A DNA stretch of 64,000 nucleotides from Ramazzottius varieornatus (Eukaryota > Animalia > Tardigrada), in assembly GCA_001949185.1 (NCBI GenBank), contig BDGG01000002.1, positions 4,144,448 to 4,208,447 of the forward strand, written 5' to 3'. The notes beneath the pieces were generated by a model that was not told the origin of the DNA, did not search any database, and was given only the letters and a program-made list of their open reading frames with translations. Below, piece by piece: positions 12,601 to 24,186 of this stretch (within the stretch, counting starts at the first letter, position 1; the number at the start of each line of letters is the position of its first letter). Position numbers and translations under genes: made by a program.

Positions 12601-14363
12601 GATAATAATGTGATTTTATCGGGTTTGCTCGCCCGAGCACCCAAATGACTTACTTCTCATACTGCTTCGGATGGAAGATATCTGCATAGCCGAAGAGGAG
12701 TTCTTCGTCAGGCTGAGCGACATGTTGCTAGAGGCCAAATTGCTGGTCGTCGTGGTGGACTTAGTGCTGTCCTGGTGTGTTTGAGGTAGAGTCAGGCTGG
12801 ACCCACTCGGTTGCGGTGATGACTGAGAAAAGTCCATGATGGGAAGAGGGGACGAGAACTTACCGTTACCGGGTACGAATGAATGTGGCGTCCATGAAGA
12901 AGCACTTTCGGGGAACGGGAACTTCCGACCGGAAGCTAGCAAGACCTCGCGGTGCAAGGAGTGTTTGCGAGCGGAGTCTCCAGGCAGGACCGCTCGAAGA
13001 GGAGGCGTCACGATGGAGTTGCTCTGGCTTGTGGAGTTTCCGGTATGAGCGGAAAGACCGGAAGCAGACTTGGACTGGTTCCTCGTACGAGGAGATTCGC
13101 AGTTGCCGTGAAAATGAAGATGGTCTCCGTCCTTATTCTCCTTCAAGCCAAACTTATGAATGATTACAAGACAACAAAGCTGGAAGAAGGCGGGTACACT
13201 TTTACCTTTACAGGAATTTCGGCGGCTTTTTCGATCTCTTCCGCGGTGGTGAATCGCGCCATCCAGAGTGAGTGGATGTTCTTATCTGGTTCAAATATCA
13301 AGACTAAAGGTAATTCATCAACAGTCCCCACAACACTACTATCGGGATGGAGAAGTAGGCGCATCTCTTGCGCTCCTCCGCCCAAGAACAGAACAGGCGA
13401 CAGCTCGTCCACCGGGTTGGTCATGGAGAACACGGTGGGGTACCCTGAGATACTGGTCAAGTTAGAAGCGGCTTTCGTGTCGCGTTCAACGAGCAGACAC
13501 AGCGGAGTAGAGAAGATTCTATGGATAGGGAAAGATGTAGCGTGGCTGTGGTGTTCTCCTTCCTTCTGATGAACGTGAATCTTCCGCTTTTCGGCTATGC
13601 AGAGTGAGTCGAAGTCAGGATGGGGCTCCATGACGGGCGTGATGGCTGCATGTTCCGGTTTCACACGGCGTGAATGGTACTGGAAGACGTTCCATGTCAC
13701 ATCGACGATGGAGTTTTCTTTGGTATGAACTTGCTTTATCATGTGGTACTTTGGATCAAGCCCGTAACCGTGGACGATAACGCTGTCGCGGAACGTCACA
13801 AATTCATCTGCAACCAGTGTTACATTAACCGTATCAACTCACGCCTGACGTCATGAATCTCAAGGATGAGCTCGGGAAGAGATTTTGACGTCACGAGCGA
13901 CTGCTGAAATCATACCGGTATCCTCTTCGTTGTTTCCAATCGCGAAAATTCCCTTACGGATTCTATACTTTACATCAGGAGAAGATTCCGCAGCGGTACC
14001 AGGGCCAAAAGTGAGTCTTGACTGTGTTTCGTCTCCTCGCTGGATCGTTCTGGATGTTTTCTTTAACTCTTGGAAGCAGAAGAGCTCGCTCACCAGCAAT
14101 CTGTCGTATTTGCTCAGACGCGATAGCGGCTGAGTCTGCTGGCCACCTGGCCGACTTTCTCGCGAAGTTCGCAGGGCATCTCGCTTCTCCCTTGGTGTAA
14201 ATCCATGCTCAACATCGCCAAAGAAGAGTCGCACATTGCAGGAGGATAAGCGGCCAGTCTCTCCAGCCGTCTGGCTTTCATTAGTCGTTATAGCTTCTGT
14301 CTTTGTACTTCGAAGGAGCACTTGCTCGAAGTTCAACAGCGTTGCCTGCTCGATGTGAATCAT
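6657..14363 (-). CDS. ANAPC1: Anaphase-promoting complex subunit 1, multi-exon
   Basis: Exon ORFs contain PTVFSMTNPVDELSP, WPRFHNGVATGLQ, TAPGAILALAMIYMKT, RPDFLMLKVVARSLIMW, AGTGDLHVLRLLR, YGHQMGVHMAVGLLFL and DNRYHLQAFRHL|YVLAVE, all characteristic of APC1. The last exons (around 7459-7678 and 6657-7202) are joined by plausible GT-AG introns. Confidence 0.9.
10023..10075. repeat. Copy of the ~52-bp hairpin element family (APC1 intron)
   Basis: cccaagtggcgcactgctt...aaagcgtgcgccacttggg. Confidence 0.85.
12550..12601. repeat. Copy of the ~52-bp hairpin element family (APC1 intron)
   Basis: tcaagcggcgcacgcttcca...tgaaagcgtgcgccacttgag. Confidence 0.85.
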
Positions 14364-15212
14364 TATGGCTGGTCATGAGCAGCAGGCTCAGCGGCTGAGG
14401 TCTGAAAAGAGAAGAAGGCTATCTAGCACAGAGTCGAAGCTGCAATATGAGCATACTGTGGTCAAACCTACGGTACGATACTACAGTACAGCATAGGTTA
14501 CAGCGCATTGTATCACGTTCCGCCTGCAGTATTAAGGTCTTTCGCAGATCAGCGACACGTACAGAGATGGGAAAGAGATGGTCGACACAGCAAGAAACAT
14601 AGGAGCGAGCAAATCTTGACTTGGAAATCGGAATGACAACAAAAATGAAAATACCGATTCCCGCAAAAACGACAACAAACGGATTAACTTCGAATGAGGG
14701 TTTTTGTCGGTTGGACGGTTGCACGGACAGTAGCGAACGGTTCACCAAATCCGTCTGAGTTTCGTTTCGGCACAATTAAACGAGTTAATTGGAATGGACA
14801 GGTATCGATTTTAGCACGCCGGCCCATGTTGTCATTCGGTCGATTCGGTCCTCGAAAGTCGAAACCTTAAGCCTTAACTGGTGTACAGGTCGAAACAGTG
14901 CGATGAACCGAATAAACAGAAATGTTGAGTTCCGAGGGAAAAAACCCCTTTGTTCGTCAGAATAACAGGCTCACCCCCGGGATGACCAGGCACGGCTCAA
15001 GGGCTCAGATACTGTCTGAAAAATTTTCGAAATTTAAACTCGGCGCTCGCAATAGAGTGCGGATTATGCGCGTGCGCTGCGTCATTAGACTCCGTGCGCA
15101 AAATCAATCAACCGCTCACATTTGCCCTTTCACATTACGACCCTCACATTTGGTCCGGACCGACTCCACCCCGGTATTGGGCGAAGGCCAATGATGACGG
15201 TCGAGGAAAGAA

Positions 15213-16639
15213 ATGGACAGCGACACTACTGCGCGTCGTCCGAAGTCAACCCGCGAAGAGCAAACGTATAAGAGACTGCTAGCCGTGGATGATATCAATC
15301 TCTATCAGTATCCTCCCGGAAAAGAGTGTACTCTCGCGTGGAAGGTAGCTCTACGCCCTTCCTTAAGAAACAATTATTAGCCTACAGAACCAGAACTCAT
15401 GCCGGAAACTTGAAAAGAAATCAAGGCGTAGAAGAAGGATGCCAGTGCTTTGCATAGTCTTCGGGTTCTAGTTGATCGAAATGTGAAAGAATTCAAGGAG
15501 AAGCATCCAAAGCACCCACGAGAATCTGGCGATGAGGAGGATCCTGCCAATATAGTCGACCGAGTGATTCAGTCCCTTGCGGTGAAGAAAGATAATCAGC
15601 CTCCGGCTGTACCCAAGGGCGACCAAAGAAGCCCCAGCGCAGTAAACAAAGACGGAAGTCTGTTTCGTGGGATGAGCAAAGGAAACAAGGCTACAGCGCC
15701 ACTGTATTCTGTCGGCGACAAAGATTCCTCAGATGGAGCCGAAGAACACGCTCAGGATGTCCGAGCTAATTTGGGTGAGACTCTTTTACGACAAGTCAAC
15801 AACCCTGCGACAGTCGTCCGCGCTTAACTGTTCTTTCTCCTTGCAGTGGAAGATTTATTTCTGCCCGTCAGAGGAAAGGCTAGGTTCTTACCGGAAGCCA
15901 CAGGTAACCGTTTCCGAAGGTGAGATAATGCACATCTCTGCAACGGATGAAACAGAGCTACGTTTGTTACAGAGACCAGCAAAGCAGCCAAAAACACTGC
16001 GATTGCCACAGCGTATCGGGAAGCTCTGGCGAAAGACGGAACGGCAGAAGAACAACAGTTTCCCGAAGGTCGACCAGCGGAACAGTTTTCACCTCAACTA
16101 AGGGAAAATCTGTGTTTCTGAACGGATTCGATTTACTACGATTCGTTCGAAACGATTGATCCGCGCAGAAACGTTCTCATGATACAGCAAGATCGAGACA
16201 AAACTTTCTAGTCTTTTTAAACCTTTGTCTCAAGCGCGGACTTCCGGCGCAGCTCTTAGTGTGTTGCTCTGTTCTCGGCAAGGTGTTTATTAAAGTGAAT
16301 GACGCTGGTTCGTCGACCCTTCCTTCGAGGACTTTCGAGACTTCCTTCGAGGATCGCGCCGCGGATCTCCTCCAAACGTACAACAGCGCTGCTAGCCAAA
16401 TCGAGGCCATGCGTGACTTGGACAAAATCGAAAGACAGATCGATATGGAAGAGCGCAAGAACGATCGCAAATGGCAGAAAGAGAAGTTCGCAAAAGTACA
16501 GGAGCTCAAAGAAAAACGGCTGGAAATCGAGAAAGAAATCCGACTGACCGAAGTTAAAGAACGTACGGAAGATCGCCAGATTCTATTTCAAACTATTAGA
16601 CTTTTCCGAGACGTTCTAATTAACTACGCGAAGAAATAA
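15213..16639 (+). pseudogene. Harbinger accessory (Myb/SANT-like plus coiled-coil) protein remnant
   Basis: MDSDTTARRPKSTREEQTYKRLLAVDDINLYQYPPGKECTLAWK ... VKEFKEKHPKHPRESGDEED ... C-terminal charged coil (ERKNDRKWQKEK...EKRLEIEKE). Interrupted frame; lies next to the Harbinger transposase. Confidence 0.5.
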
Positions 16640-16734
16640 TCCAAGGTGGTGGAAAACCGGTAGACCAAGCTTAAATAAAGAGAAACGAAAAACGGTTGCT
16701 GTTTTTGCGAATACAATTCGATTTCTAATTCTAT

Positions 16735-17633
16735 TTTTCAAACCCCAAGTATACTTCAAGAGGCGGAGGATCGACGCCAAATATTTTCCAGACAAGAGGA
16801 AAGCCGTACATGCATGTTCAGTTAGTCAGAACGGCAGTCACTGGATATGTTTCAGCCACCTGCTGCCAGTGTATTTTCTGTTTTTTTTCATAATTTGCGA
16901 ACGCCAAATCACGTGCTATCGCCACAGAACCGTACTCTACAGTCACTCTAATCTGCGACATTGTGCTATTACAAACTGTCTGTTCTTCTGTCAGGTGGCT
17001 GCCTTTGTAGGAAGCTTGACTGAGAGAATATCACTTGTCGTCGAAGAGACATTTCCCTTCTCTACTTTTCGCTGAGGTGGCGCAGTCGCTCGCGCATGTT
17101 GCTTTCTCTCAACGGGAACCGTCATGACGTCGACCTGCACAGGGACCATACATATTCTCGATTATACCATCTGGAGTGCATATGCTTTGAAACTTCTTGA
17201 CGTGCTTCCGCGGGTGTTCTATCAGGATATTTGGAAACGCCAGCCGCTTCAGTAGCACAGCTAAAGCGAGACTTCTAGAGACGACGACTCGGTTTTCGTC
17301 GATGACGACTTCCGGTGATTGTAAGGCATCGCGTAGTCTGCAGAAATCCTGATAATTCTCCATCCGAAAGTGGTATCGCATCTTTTCATTCGGCGTATTC
17401 ACTAAATCGATCTCATGTCTCACGTAGTACCGTTCGTATTCGAGGGCAGCATGACAATACAGCAACAGGTACGTCTGCCATCGTAAAAGTCGAATGATCC
17501 TCCGTTTGCGACGAGCATAACGAACCCGGAGCGCTTGGACTTCCGCGCACCTGTTATCCAGATCGATGGAAAATCTAGGTGGATGTGGCTGGTGGACAGG
17601 ACATATAACCGCTTTCGGCAGAAGGCACAACAA
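16735..17633 (-). pseudogene. Harbinger/HARBI1-type DDE transposase pseudogene
   Basis: ALAVLLKRLAFP, KFQSICTPDGIIENMYGPCAGRRHD, then after stops and frameshifts CNSTMSQIRVTVEY...AFANYEKKQKI...VLTN*TCMYG...FGVDPPPLEVYL. Confidence 0.8.
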
Positions 17634-18179
17634 GCTACCTGTGGAAACTGAAGAACTCAGTAAATGAAACAGCTTTCAGTCAGACGTAGAACGATATTGA
17701 TTGGTTGAAACAACGGCAACCGGAAGTCGGGGAAAAAACACCCTTCGTTGAGGGGCTCATGCTGGTTTTTTTATTCCAAGTATTCTATTCTGCATTAGAC
17801 CTATGGAGGTCCGAAGGATGTCGGTTCAATCGAATCCACCAACAGAATGACTTCAGCTGATTGCTAGAAAGAGCAGAGTGCGGCCTCCTGCGAGCTCAAA
17901 AGATGAAGTTTCAGTAAGGGGCGTTAAAGGAAGCTTCGACAGGAGACCGTTCAGCGACAACTGCAGTCACTTCAAAGACGCCGTATTGAAGTAGAACGGA
18001 AAAGAGACGAGATATGGTTACTATTGAGACTACAGCGTGAGACCATCGAAAACTGATAGGAAACCAAAGAAAAAGTAAACGAAAAAACAGCTCTTAGTAT
18101 TATTCGACGAAGGCACAACCCCGCTTGTCCAAATGTTCCTGTGAAAAACCATAAAACAAACTTCACGTCGCGAGGACTT

Positions 18180-19190
18180 TAACGTCAAGTAGAGCTATCA
18201 CACTGAGTGCTTTCACCATCTCAACGACGATAGAATCGTTGCTGGAAGTCCCGGCGATACAGCGACTTCTCAGCTCGACCACTGGCCGCAGCTAACTCGG
18301 TCTCGTGGTTACGCTCATCCTGCCGAACACGGTCTTCTTTCAGGCGTCGAGCTGCCTTGGCTTCGTCCTCCTCCCTCGATCGTTCATCACACGAGCGTCC
18401 TCAAAAGCGTATTCTTCCGCGCGTCGCTGATCTTCTTGCCGCCGTTCTGCACGGACGCGTGTATCTCTAACTTCCTTGTCGGCTAAGACAGCCAGAAAAC
18501 CGTCGCGTCGCGCAGCATCTCGCATAGGTGGACGGCGAGCTCGGAGTGGCTCAACACACATGCTATGATGATGGCCCCACTTTAAACAGTGGAAGCGAAA
18601 CGCGCTTTCAAGGTACAGGTCATCCTGCGTGAGTAGTAAAAACGCAGACTGTTTAGAATTTTGATTCCGGTTATCTATTGAGAGTACGGTTCTATGATCG
18701 GCAGTCAAGCTCGCAGAGCAAACGCTTACTTTGATTAGCATTCTGAGCAGGAGCGCGGTATTCCGGCGCAGAGGTGGATGGGCTGTTGCCTTCGACATGT
18801 TCTGTAATCAAGCAAATATACACGCTGGACGTCTCTCGGTGATACTGCTAACAGATGCTGACGATATTTTGGTTATCCAAGTTTCCAGCGCGGAATTCCG
18901 GCGCCTTTTGTTCTCCGTTTAACGAATGTTCCACATCTATTTCAACAAGCATGGTTCCCACCTTCGCTAGTAGGAAGATCCAAATAAAAGAAAGCGATAC
19001 GGTTGACTGGGCTGTCAATGCGGTGATGAACCCGCGGAAGCGAAACGTTTATGTCTGCTGAGCTGACGACCGACGAGCTATCGTCCCATTCTTCTGCCGC
19101 CCTCTTGGTAGCGGTCGGGGTGAGTCCGCTTTCTTGTATGGATGGAAGTTCTACAGAGTCTGGATGTTGGACGGTGGCAGAGACTAGCAA
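18180..19190 (-). pseudogene. Degraded, probably spliced ORF with a charged coiled-coil; possibly another transposon accessory gene
   Basis: Frameshifted charged segment (RAERRQEDQRRAEE / EEDEAKAARRLKEDRVRQDER), splice-like gtaag/ttacag sites and a repeated APE(F/Y)RA motif. No recognisable domain. Confidence 0.25.
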
Positions 19191-20023
19191 AAGATCAGTT
19201 TATTAATCAGAAAACGGAAAATCCGAACTGTGAGATGACGAAATGCGACGGATGATCGCAGTTGCGCACGTGAAAAGCAAGATGCTCACGTTTCCGTCAC
19301 CAAAACCACAACAGAGGTTGATTTAGAGCGGAGTTGATTCGGTCAAATGTGAGAGATTATAGAGATTAAGTTGCTGCTCCCGTTCACTTTACAACTGTGG
19401 CTACGGCCTTGCTCCGCCCCTTTCGTGACGTGTAACTACATTTTGCTTTCCGGAGCTCCCCTTATTTTCGAAAAACAGCGTAATCGGAGTTACGGTTGTC
19501 TAGCATTGGGAAGCATGGTGGCTGCCCAACTATTCAAAGTTCTGATCAGCTGCTGCGCTTATGAGTGACGTTGAAACACATCTTAGCTACAGTGGGACTT
19601 TCGTCTGGCGGTTGTATTATGTGAGAGCTCAGAATGTGTTCGGTTGATTGATTTTGCGCACAGTCCCTGTTCAGAGGCTTCTGCTTAGATGATTTCGACC
19701 ATGGAATCCCTTAACTGTGAGGTGATTGAAGTCCGTGATAGAAATTACAGGATTTTCCAGTTTAACATTTCCAGAACCCCGATCTCTTCCTTTGCGTCGT
19801 GGTGATCTTCGGTCATTGTCTTGTTCCTCCTTTGACCGTGCTGTGACTGGTGGTGCTTGTCCTTGGGGATCTGACTGCTGAGACTCTCCGCTAGACTTGT
19901 TTCTGATCGGGATAAGTGATTGTTATGCTGTTTCCGGTTCAGTAGCGGAATACGCATAAGCGTATCTACGCATCCCTATATCGTCTTCACTCTCATCTTA
20001 AGAGCAAGCCAACGCAAAAAGCC

Positions 20024-22460
20024 ATGGCGAAATCTTCGGGTAGTGGACGTGGAGAGGATATCCTACTAGTCGTTGAACATCTGAAGCATCAGAATCAGAA
20101 GGGATCCCTGTATGTAACTTCGGAAAATCTTGCTTTCCAAGTTCAAGGCAGAGAAACGTTCGATGCTCGATATCACTTCTCGGACATCAAGAGTGAGTTG
20201 TCTAATGCATTTATAACTAAGTTCATGGACATCAGTGATGTTTGTTTTGAGCAACACTTTTGTCTTCGTGTAGTGCAGAAGATTTCCGCCGAAGGGAAGT
20301 CGAAGGTGCAGCTCCAGATTATTCTCCAGAATGACCAAAGCTATAATTTCCAGTTTATCAATCCCGGAGGCCAGGCTGACCAGCTCAAAGACCGTAACTC
20401 TGTCAAAGAGATTCTTATGCACATGTTGCCCCGTTTCAAGAGAAAGATTACTAAAGAAATGGAAGAAAAGAACAAGTGCGTATACAGTAACCATCAATGG
20501 CCAAGTTACAGTGCGATTGCACATCTTCTGAATAAATGGGACTTGTCTGCGTATTCTGCATTCTTATAGGCTGCTGACTGATAATCCTCGTGTTAGCCAG
20601 CTCTATATAGACCTCGTCACGACGGGAATGATGAACGCGGAAGAGTTCTGGACCTTACACAGTGATGTGTGTATCGGTAGTCCTACATGTTCTCTGGAAG
20701 AGATCTCTGCTGGGTTCCTTCGGTATCATTAAATGCTCTTTTTGTTCTTTAGAAACTGGCTTCTGTGTCGAATGCGACCCAAGAACTGGGTATTTCCGCT
20801 AGCTTCCTCGCCGACGTTGTACCAAAGGTGGACGGCGCCAACTCGATGCGATACAATCTGACTCCCCAAATTATCCAGGCCATCTTCAAAACGTATCCTC
20901 AAGGTGAGTGAAATTGCTATCCCTTCAGTCTGTACCGTAGTCAGTCTTTCAGATCTTCTTCGCAGTGAGGAAGAAACACGCGGAAACCGTGCCTGATAAG
21001 CATTCGGAACAAGAGTTCTGGACCATGTTTTTCCATTCTCATTACTTCCATCGTGATCGCGTGGTGGACCGCACAAGCGATAATATCTTTGCTGAATGTG
21101 CCCAAGCTGAACAGCAAGGTAGTGTGGTTTTTCACCCGTGATATCTTACGCCTCTTGAAAGCCATGTCAGAAAAGCAGCAGAGTTTGGATTTAGAAATGT
21201 CGAACGCGGCAAAAAAGGGCGTCAGTAACCCGGAAGGCAACCTCAAGAACCTCAAAGACATGGTAGTGGATGATGAGGAAGTAAGTTTAGAATTTTCAGC
21301 CTGAGCACTGTTTAGAGGTGCTGAGCTACTTGTTCCTCAGGGTTTCGGGATGAATAGCACGTATCAGGCAGATGCAAGCGACGATGCGGCAACGGCCAAA
21401 GTCACCAAACGTTCCCTCAACATGACGCACTCGCAACTCATCCAGCGCTTCAACCATCACTCCGCTCGAATTCTCACGACCACGGAAAGCCACCACAAGG
21501 TCTACCTGCCCTCCGTTGCGGATGAACAGGCGGTTCACAATGGTCAAGTGGAAGATCCTGTCGAAGAAGTTGCTGTTTTGCCTCAAGTGGGTCCTTCGTT
21601 GGGTACTCTGAGTACTTGGAGATACGTTCAAGGTCCTTTATTCTCGTAGTCGGCAAGACAAGATTCGGAGCTTGAGTTACTAAAGAAGAATGACGGAGGT
21701 CCGAAGCGAGCTGCCCTGAAGCTGACGAAAACGGATGCATACCACCAAGGTCCCGCGAAGAAGAAGGGTAATGTCGACCTGAAGCAAAACCGGCAACGCC
21801 GGAGCGCCTTTAGAGCACAACTGGAAACCTTGTCCGCAAAACGCAAAGTTGTAAGTCGGTCTTGATTTCTCCCGGATACGTCTTGGGGTATAATGGGGAA
21901 GTTTTGGGTATTCAATGTATCAGTGGAACATTAATTCTGTGTTGATTTCAGGTGATACCGTCTCAAGTAGCCGTTCAAACGATGCACGACCTCATCGGCA
22001 GTAAGAATCGAAGGCAGCGAAACCAGGACTTTCAGCTTCCTCCGCCTTTGCGGCAAGAACTCAGCAACACATATGCATCTCTAACCGAAATCCTCCGCCA
22101 TTTCTGGTCTTGTTTTCCGCTAAAAGATCAGTTCCTCAAAGAGAAGGTATTGATAAATAATAAATATAAGGTATTAATAAATAATAAATAAAGGTATTAA
22201 TGAACGATAGCTTATGGCTGATCAACTATTCTTGTGCGTTTACGATCATTCAACGACAGATCTCCTGTCATATGGCGTTTTGATTCTTGCAGGTTATACG
22301 GACCAAAGGTACTCTCGAGAAGTTCGAAACAGACAGACTCCGTCCTTTAGCTGTGAAGCTTTCGACGGAAGGACAGCCACCACAGATACTAGCTGCTCTT
22401 TTTGAAATGGTCAAAGCCGCAAATACTCGTTATCAGAACGAGCCGAAGTTGAGGATATAA
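20024..22460 (+). CDS. GTF2H1: General transcription factor IIH subunit 1 (p62), multi-exon
   Basis: PH-like N-terminus ([25 protein letters not shown]), BSD-domain exons ([28 protein letters not shown]), IQRFNHHS and [11 protein letters not shown]; TAA at 22458-22460. Confidence 0.95.
22144..22201 (+). repeat. AT-rich tandem repeat of about 2.5 x 23-24 bp spanning a splice donor
   Basis: aaggtattgataaataataaatat / aaggtattaataaataataaata / aaggtattaat. Confidence 0.85.
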
Positions 22461-22910
22461 ACTGACTCTTGGTGTTTCTCAAACATTCCTGTTCTCAACG
22501 TGATCTTAAGTAAACTTTGAAGTTTCTTCTTATGAAGTCGGGGTGTTCATCTGAGGAGCTGTACCTCATACGGAGCTCTTCTCGTAGGCCAATTTATTTG
22601 AGTTTATAGAATCGTAAAGAGCTACATTAAGTACTACTCCGAGACTGACAAATACTTCCGTCTCGACAATGAGCGCGTCTTTGATATGGATGCTATCAGA
22701 GTAAGACTACGACAGTTCGACAAAATGGACCGCTACAAAGAATATACTTCTTCCATTATATTACTACGTGTTAGACGATCAGTGCAACTCGGAAAACATT
22801 TTGACATAAGCGCTGGTGGTAAAGCAGTGTATTACAAATACGTCGATCAAAAAGAGGCCGGTGGCTAATAGAATTCTTGACTGGACGAGAAGGAAAGTGT
22901 GCACCTTATG

Positions 22911-23414
22911 TCACGCTTGCTCGTTCATCTTCGGTGGAAACTTTTGGCGCAGACGATCATTACAGCCCTCGCGATTTCTAGCAATCTCCACTGCCATGAA
23001 CTCCAGACGAGGCACCACAATAGTGTTCGCCTCCGAATAGTCTCCTTCGGCATCCAGACGGAGCAGAGTGGCGAAGTTGAAGTCAGCCACATCGTTCTCG
23101 AACTCCTTCATGTACTCGCGCCATTTGGCCTTTGCTTCGTCGGATTTTAGCTGTTCAATCACGATGGGAGTCAGACTAAAGTCCCGAAAAGCATCCTTGA
23201 AACTGGCGTACATCCTGTCATCGTGGTCAGTCAGGCGCAGGCTGCGGGGATCCACGGTAGACACTAGGTTGAAGTGCACCTCTGCGTGCTCGATAGCCTT
23301 CATGGCCCACAGGAATTCCACCTCGGCATCGTTTACGTAGTTCTCCGCTGGCTCACTCAATGCGAAGGCCACCGACTGAGCCACGTCAGCTCCCAAGTCC
23401 TTAAACTCCATCAT
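22911..23414 (-). CDS. PBDC1: Polysaccharide biosynthesis domain-containing protein 1 (single coding exon)
   Basis: WAMKAIEHAEVHFNL, LRLTDHDD, LKSDEAKAKWRE, DFNFATLLRLD, YSEANTIVVPRLEFMAVEIARNREG. Confidence 0.92.
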   Translation of the reverse strand: MMEFKDLGADVAQSVAFALSEPAENYVNDAEVEFLWAMKAIEHAEVHFNLVSTVDPRSLRLTDHDDRMYASFKDAFRDFSLTPIVIEQLKSDEAKAKWREYMKEFENDVADFNFATLLRLDAEGDYSEANTIVVPRLEFMAVEIARNREGCNDRLRQKFPPKMNEQA

Positions 23415-23848
23415 TCACCTAAAAGTAGGCATAGAACAACGTGACAAAAGCTAACTTAGAGATCACGTTCACCTTGAATTCAAAACTGCTATATCCTCCG
23501 TGCTTACCGCACTTCTTATCCGCCAATCTCCTGTACAGTTCCAGACGATCTAGTGATGCCGACCCCACCACGTACAAATTGACACGAAGATATCTGTCCC
23601 ACTCACTAGTCGAGGTGTTCCCTCCTTGTCTGGAAGAAAATTATCTGAAACTCCAGGAAAAACAGCTGCCAGCTTGCAAGTGCGCATGTTTACCGAAGAA
23701 TTACGACATAGTACGCACATCCGGCGAGGGCGACGGGTAGAGTGGGCGGCTGGGCGAGCTCGAGTGGGCTGGGCATGGTACGTGACCGTACGTCGAAAAC
23801 TCACCACTACTTGTTCCCTGCCCACCTCCGGTTGGGGGGGGGGGGGCA

Positions 23849-23898
23849 NNNNNNNNNNNNNNNNNNNNNNNNNNNNNNNNNNNNNNNNNNNNNNNNNN
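23849..23898. other. Assembly gap (50 N) flanked by poly-G runs
   Basis: N-run with runs of about 13-14 G on each side. Confidence 0.99.
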
Positions 23899-24186
23899 TG
23901 GGGGGGGGGGGGGCAGCAACTCTGATTCTTGACCGAGTATCTTATCTAGGGAGTTGTTCGAGGTTGTTGTTAGCGGCCATGGAAGTTCTATAACGGTTTG
24001 ACCAGCTGGAGTGCCGAAAGCATCTGAATGCGAAGCATCGCATAGCTGAAGACCTGAGGTACGTATGTATTATGGAGGACCGTGGGAGCCTGGGAGAATG
24101 AATGGATGATCTGTTAATCTTCCATTCATCATGCGTACGGCAGACTATGTCTTAACGGCATACAGAGCTACTGGTTGTGTTTCAGG

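Larger units (their letters stand above)
15213..17633. mobile_element. Degenerate PIF/Harbinger transposon with two convergent ORFs
   Basis: Decayed DDE transposase on the minus strand facing a decayed Myb/SANT-like plus coiled-coil ORF on the plus strand. Termini not identifiable. Confidence 0.7.

Noticed and set aside
14865-17940. Candidate Harbinger TIRs near 14870 and 17800-17925
   Set aside because: No convincing reverse-complement match between the two ends by eye.
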